The notes beneath the pieces were generated by a model. It saw only the letters and a list, made by a program, of their open reading frames with translations, did no database searches and was not told where the DNA came from. DNA of 55,991 nucleotides from a virus (Duplodnaviria > Caudoviricetes): the IMG/VR virus record IMGVR_UViG_3300037755_000409, positions 1 to 55,991 of that record; one strand, given 5' to 3'. The position numbers and the translations under genes are program-made. This document shows positions 53,593 through 55,991 of this stretch, piece by piece (the first letter of the stretch is position 1; each line of letters begins with the position of its first letter).

Positions 53593-54425
53593 GTGACGCC
53601 TTCAACATCCATCGAGAAACTCATCATGCCGTTGGGCAATTGATTTTCCGGACGCGGATCGTTCGTCGTCCAGACGAACCCCACCTCGTATGGATAGGCA
53701 GACGGCCGCCATGCAAAGAAGAAGGGGATTTCCTGCGCCGCCACCCGGAACGGTTCCAGATAGGTGCGATACCAAGCCGGAGTGAGATTTTGCAGAGCGA
53801 CTTTCGTCATGGTCTTGCGGCTAAGCACTATGCGCCCAAGAAAATCACCGGCGATGCTGCGATGGTTGGCCACGCTAAGCTGTTCGCCGTAATTGACGGG
53901 CGTGTGGCCGACATAGATGCGCCGCTGCAGGACGAGCAGCGTCCCGCAATAGATAACGGCCGCGCGCGGTGCCGCCGTTCCCGGCTGCATCCTGATACGA
54001 ATTGATGTGATGGCTTGCGGCGTGAAGCGGAACAGCAGCGGCCCGTCATTGGGGGGGATGACCGGCGCGACGATCTCGGTCCAGCTTTCCGGGCTGCCTT
54101 CGTCGAGCGTCTCGATTGAAACGGCGATCTGCGCCGAATAGAAATTGTGGCGCGCCACCGCGAGGTAATCGACAAGCTCCGCAGTATCGAGCGCAAAGGT
54201 CAGATAGTCGTCCACCGCCGGCGATGCGTCCGCGCCCTGCCAGCGTAGCGCCGTCGACGGGTTGGCGACATTCGAAGCCGGATTGTCATCTGTCTCGCTC
54301 GTGGCCGTGACATTCGAGCTGGTGACGAGATTATTGTAACCGATGAGGGGATTGTCGGCATTTATGATCCCGCCGCCGGAAACGCTGTCTGAAAGGACAA
54401 GGCTGCCAGATATAACGATGCTCAT
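53589..54425 (-). CDS. Distal tail protein
   Basis: Immediately downstream of tape measure; VDYLAVARHN, PFFFAWRP. Confidence 0.75.
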   Translation of the reverse strand: MSIVISGSLVLSDSVSGGGIINADNPLIGYNNLVTSSNVTATSETDDNPASNVANPSTALRWQGADASPAVDDYLTFALDTAELVDYLAVARHNFYSAQIAVSIETLDEGSPESWTEIVAPVIPPNDGPLLFRFTPQAITSIRIRMQPGTAAPRAAVIYCGTLLVLQRRIYVGHTPVNYGEQLSVANHRSIAGDFLGRIVLSRKTMTKVALQNLTPAWYRTYLEPFRVAAQEIPFFFAWRPSAYPYEVGFVWTTNDPRPENQLPNGMMSFSMDVEGVT

Positions 54426-54426
54426 G

Positions 54427-55991
54427 CTAGGCGGCTCTTACAATGAGCTGCGCGCCGTCTGCCGTCGCATCGTTGATCCGATCGATCAGGCCGCGCACCT
54501 GGTCGCGGCTGTAGGTTTGACCGTGCAGATTGATAGTCGTCATCTGTTGCGGCGCGGCTGGCTGGCTGGCCGCTGGAGCTGCACCGGCAGGGGCGCCGCC
54601 TCCACCGCCGCCCTTGTTCGTGCTTCTGATCGCGGCAACCTGCGCAAGCCCTGCAGCGCCCACAGCTGCGGCGGCAGCGAAGTTGAACGGCGGCGGATAA
54701 GCAGCCAACGCTTTGGTGACGCCTTCGGCTGTGTTGATGATGGCCTGTGCGATAGCAAATGCCTTGCTTTCGCCAAACACTTGCGAGAGCGAGCCGGCAA
54801 TATCGGACGCCATGCCAAGGTACGCGCCCGCGGAAACGAGAGTCGCTCTTTGCATTGCCGAGCCGAACTGCTCCGCGGAAATCTTGCTTTGGTCAAGCGC
54901 TGCCTGCAGCGCCTCTTGCTGCGATAACATTATCTCGTGCGGCGAACGGAGCGCCTCCGCCAAATGCAAGCCCGTATTTCCGAGTTGCTCGTACTCCTGC
55001 ATGAGTGCACGGAGGGCCGCCTTAGCTTCAGCAGCCTGACGCTTGGACTCCGTACCCAAATCGATGACAGGCTTGATCATGCCGGTCTCGATAGTCGTCT
55101 CCCACCCCTTCAGAAGTAGCGCACCCTCAAGCTCCGTCTTGCGCGCTTTTAACTCGGTCATCCGTCCCAACAGGCCGTCCATCTCTTTATTCACACGCTG
55201 AAGACGAAGCGACTTGAACATACCATCGCCCGCGGCGATTTCCTGCTGTGTCTGAATGACTTCGTTTAAGCTTCTATTTACTTCATCCAGCTCCTTATTA
55301 ACGCTATTGAATTCATGCGTCAGACTTGCTTGGGACCGATCCTCCAACGCAGACATTGCATCCGTGAGCGCTATAACCCCGGCCGTCAGACTGGCAACCG
55401 CCAAGACCGCCAGCGATAGCGGCCCGGCCATCGTTCCGATCACGGCAACAAACACGCCAACGCCGGCCGCCACTGCCGCGAGCGCAACCGTCACGCCACC
55501 GAAAACGACAATGCTGGTTCGCATCTCCGGAGAAAGTGCGCTGAACTCTTCGGACAGAGACTTTATTGCCTTCGCGGCAGGTACGATGACCGGCGTGATT
55601 GCTTCGCCGATCGCCTCCATCGTATCGCCCCAGGCGTTGTTCATTTGATCAAGCGCGCCCTGCGTCGTGTCCGCCATAGCCTCAGCGGCCTCGCCGTAGA
55701 AATGCTCGATCTCCTGCAGGATGACGCCCTGCGCTTCCATCACCTTGCCGGACTCAACCAGCGTTCTGATTTGCTGCTTTTGCTGTTCAGTGAACGCGAT
55801 GCCGACTCGTGACAGCGCCGTGATCCCCTTGATCGGATCGTTGAGCGCCTTGCCGAGCTGGATCGTCGAGGACTGCAAGTCCTGACCGAGCACTGCAGAC
55901 AGATCAAGCGCAGCCGCCTGCGCACGCTCGAATACAGGCCCAACAACATTTCCGAAAGTCAGAAGATTGTTGGTGACTTTCTTGAGGATTT
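54427..55991 (-). CDS. Tape measure protein, 3' part
   Basis: Ala/Gly-rich helical ORF open to the window end, joining 1-455 through the overlap. Confidence 0.9.
   Translation of the reverse strand, partial: ILKKVTNNLLTFGNVVGPVFERAQAAALDLSAVLGQDLQSSTIQLGKALNDPIKGITALSRVGIAFTEQQKQQIRTLVESGKVMEAQGVILQEIEHFYGEAAEAMADTTQGALDQMNNAWGDTMEAIGEAITPVIVPAAKAIKSLSEEFSALSPEMRTSIVVFGGVTVALAAVAAGVGVFVAVIGTMAGPLSLAVLAVASLTAGVIALTDAMSALEDRSQASLTHEFNSVNKELDEVNRSLNEVIQTQQEIAAGDGMFKSLRLQRVNKEMDGLLGRMTELKARKTELEGALLLKGWETTIETGMIKPVIDLGTESKRQAAEAKAALRALMQEYEQLGNTGLHLAEALRSPHEIMLSQQEALQAALDQSKISAEQFGSAMQRATLVSAGAYLGMASDIAGSLSQVFGESKAFAIAQAIINTAEGVTKALAAYPPPFNFAAAAAVGAAGLAQVAAIRSTNKGGGGGGAPAGAAPAASQPAAPQQMTTINLHGQTYSRDQVRGLIDRINDATADGAQLIVRAA
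55865..55991. repeat. Terminal overlap copy 2
   Basis: Identical to 1-127. Confidence 0.97.

Overview
The window is a complete circular temperate siphovirus genome of about 55,864 bp. Positions 1-127 repeat 55865-55991, an assembly overlap that splits the tape-measure gene. The host is probably an Alphaproteobacterium (GcrA homolog, MmgR/suhB-like sRNA, GTA-like tail genes). It carries HK97-type head genes, tail, replication, CI/Cro, integrase with an intact attP, and lysis modules. The standout locus (39853-43702) is a compact CRISPR-Cas system. Its 555-aa TnpB/Cas12f-like effector has all three RuvC catalytic residues substituted (D>K, E>Q, D>N) and is translationally coupled to intact type I-E Cas1 and Cas2. 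These are followed by a structured ~220-nt tracrRNA-like region with two anti-repeat segments and an array of 13 identical I-E-derived repeats whose hairpin has eroded. By inference this is an adaptive, nuclease-dead (CRISPRi-like) type V system on a phage. Other notable features are three type II hammerhead ribozymes punctuating a small-gene operon, a ~9 kb glycan-synthesis cluster inside the head-neck genes (possible virion glycosylation), and an unexplained structured intergenic RNA. All calls come from reading the sequence and recalled family motifs; no searches were run.
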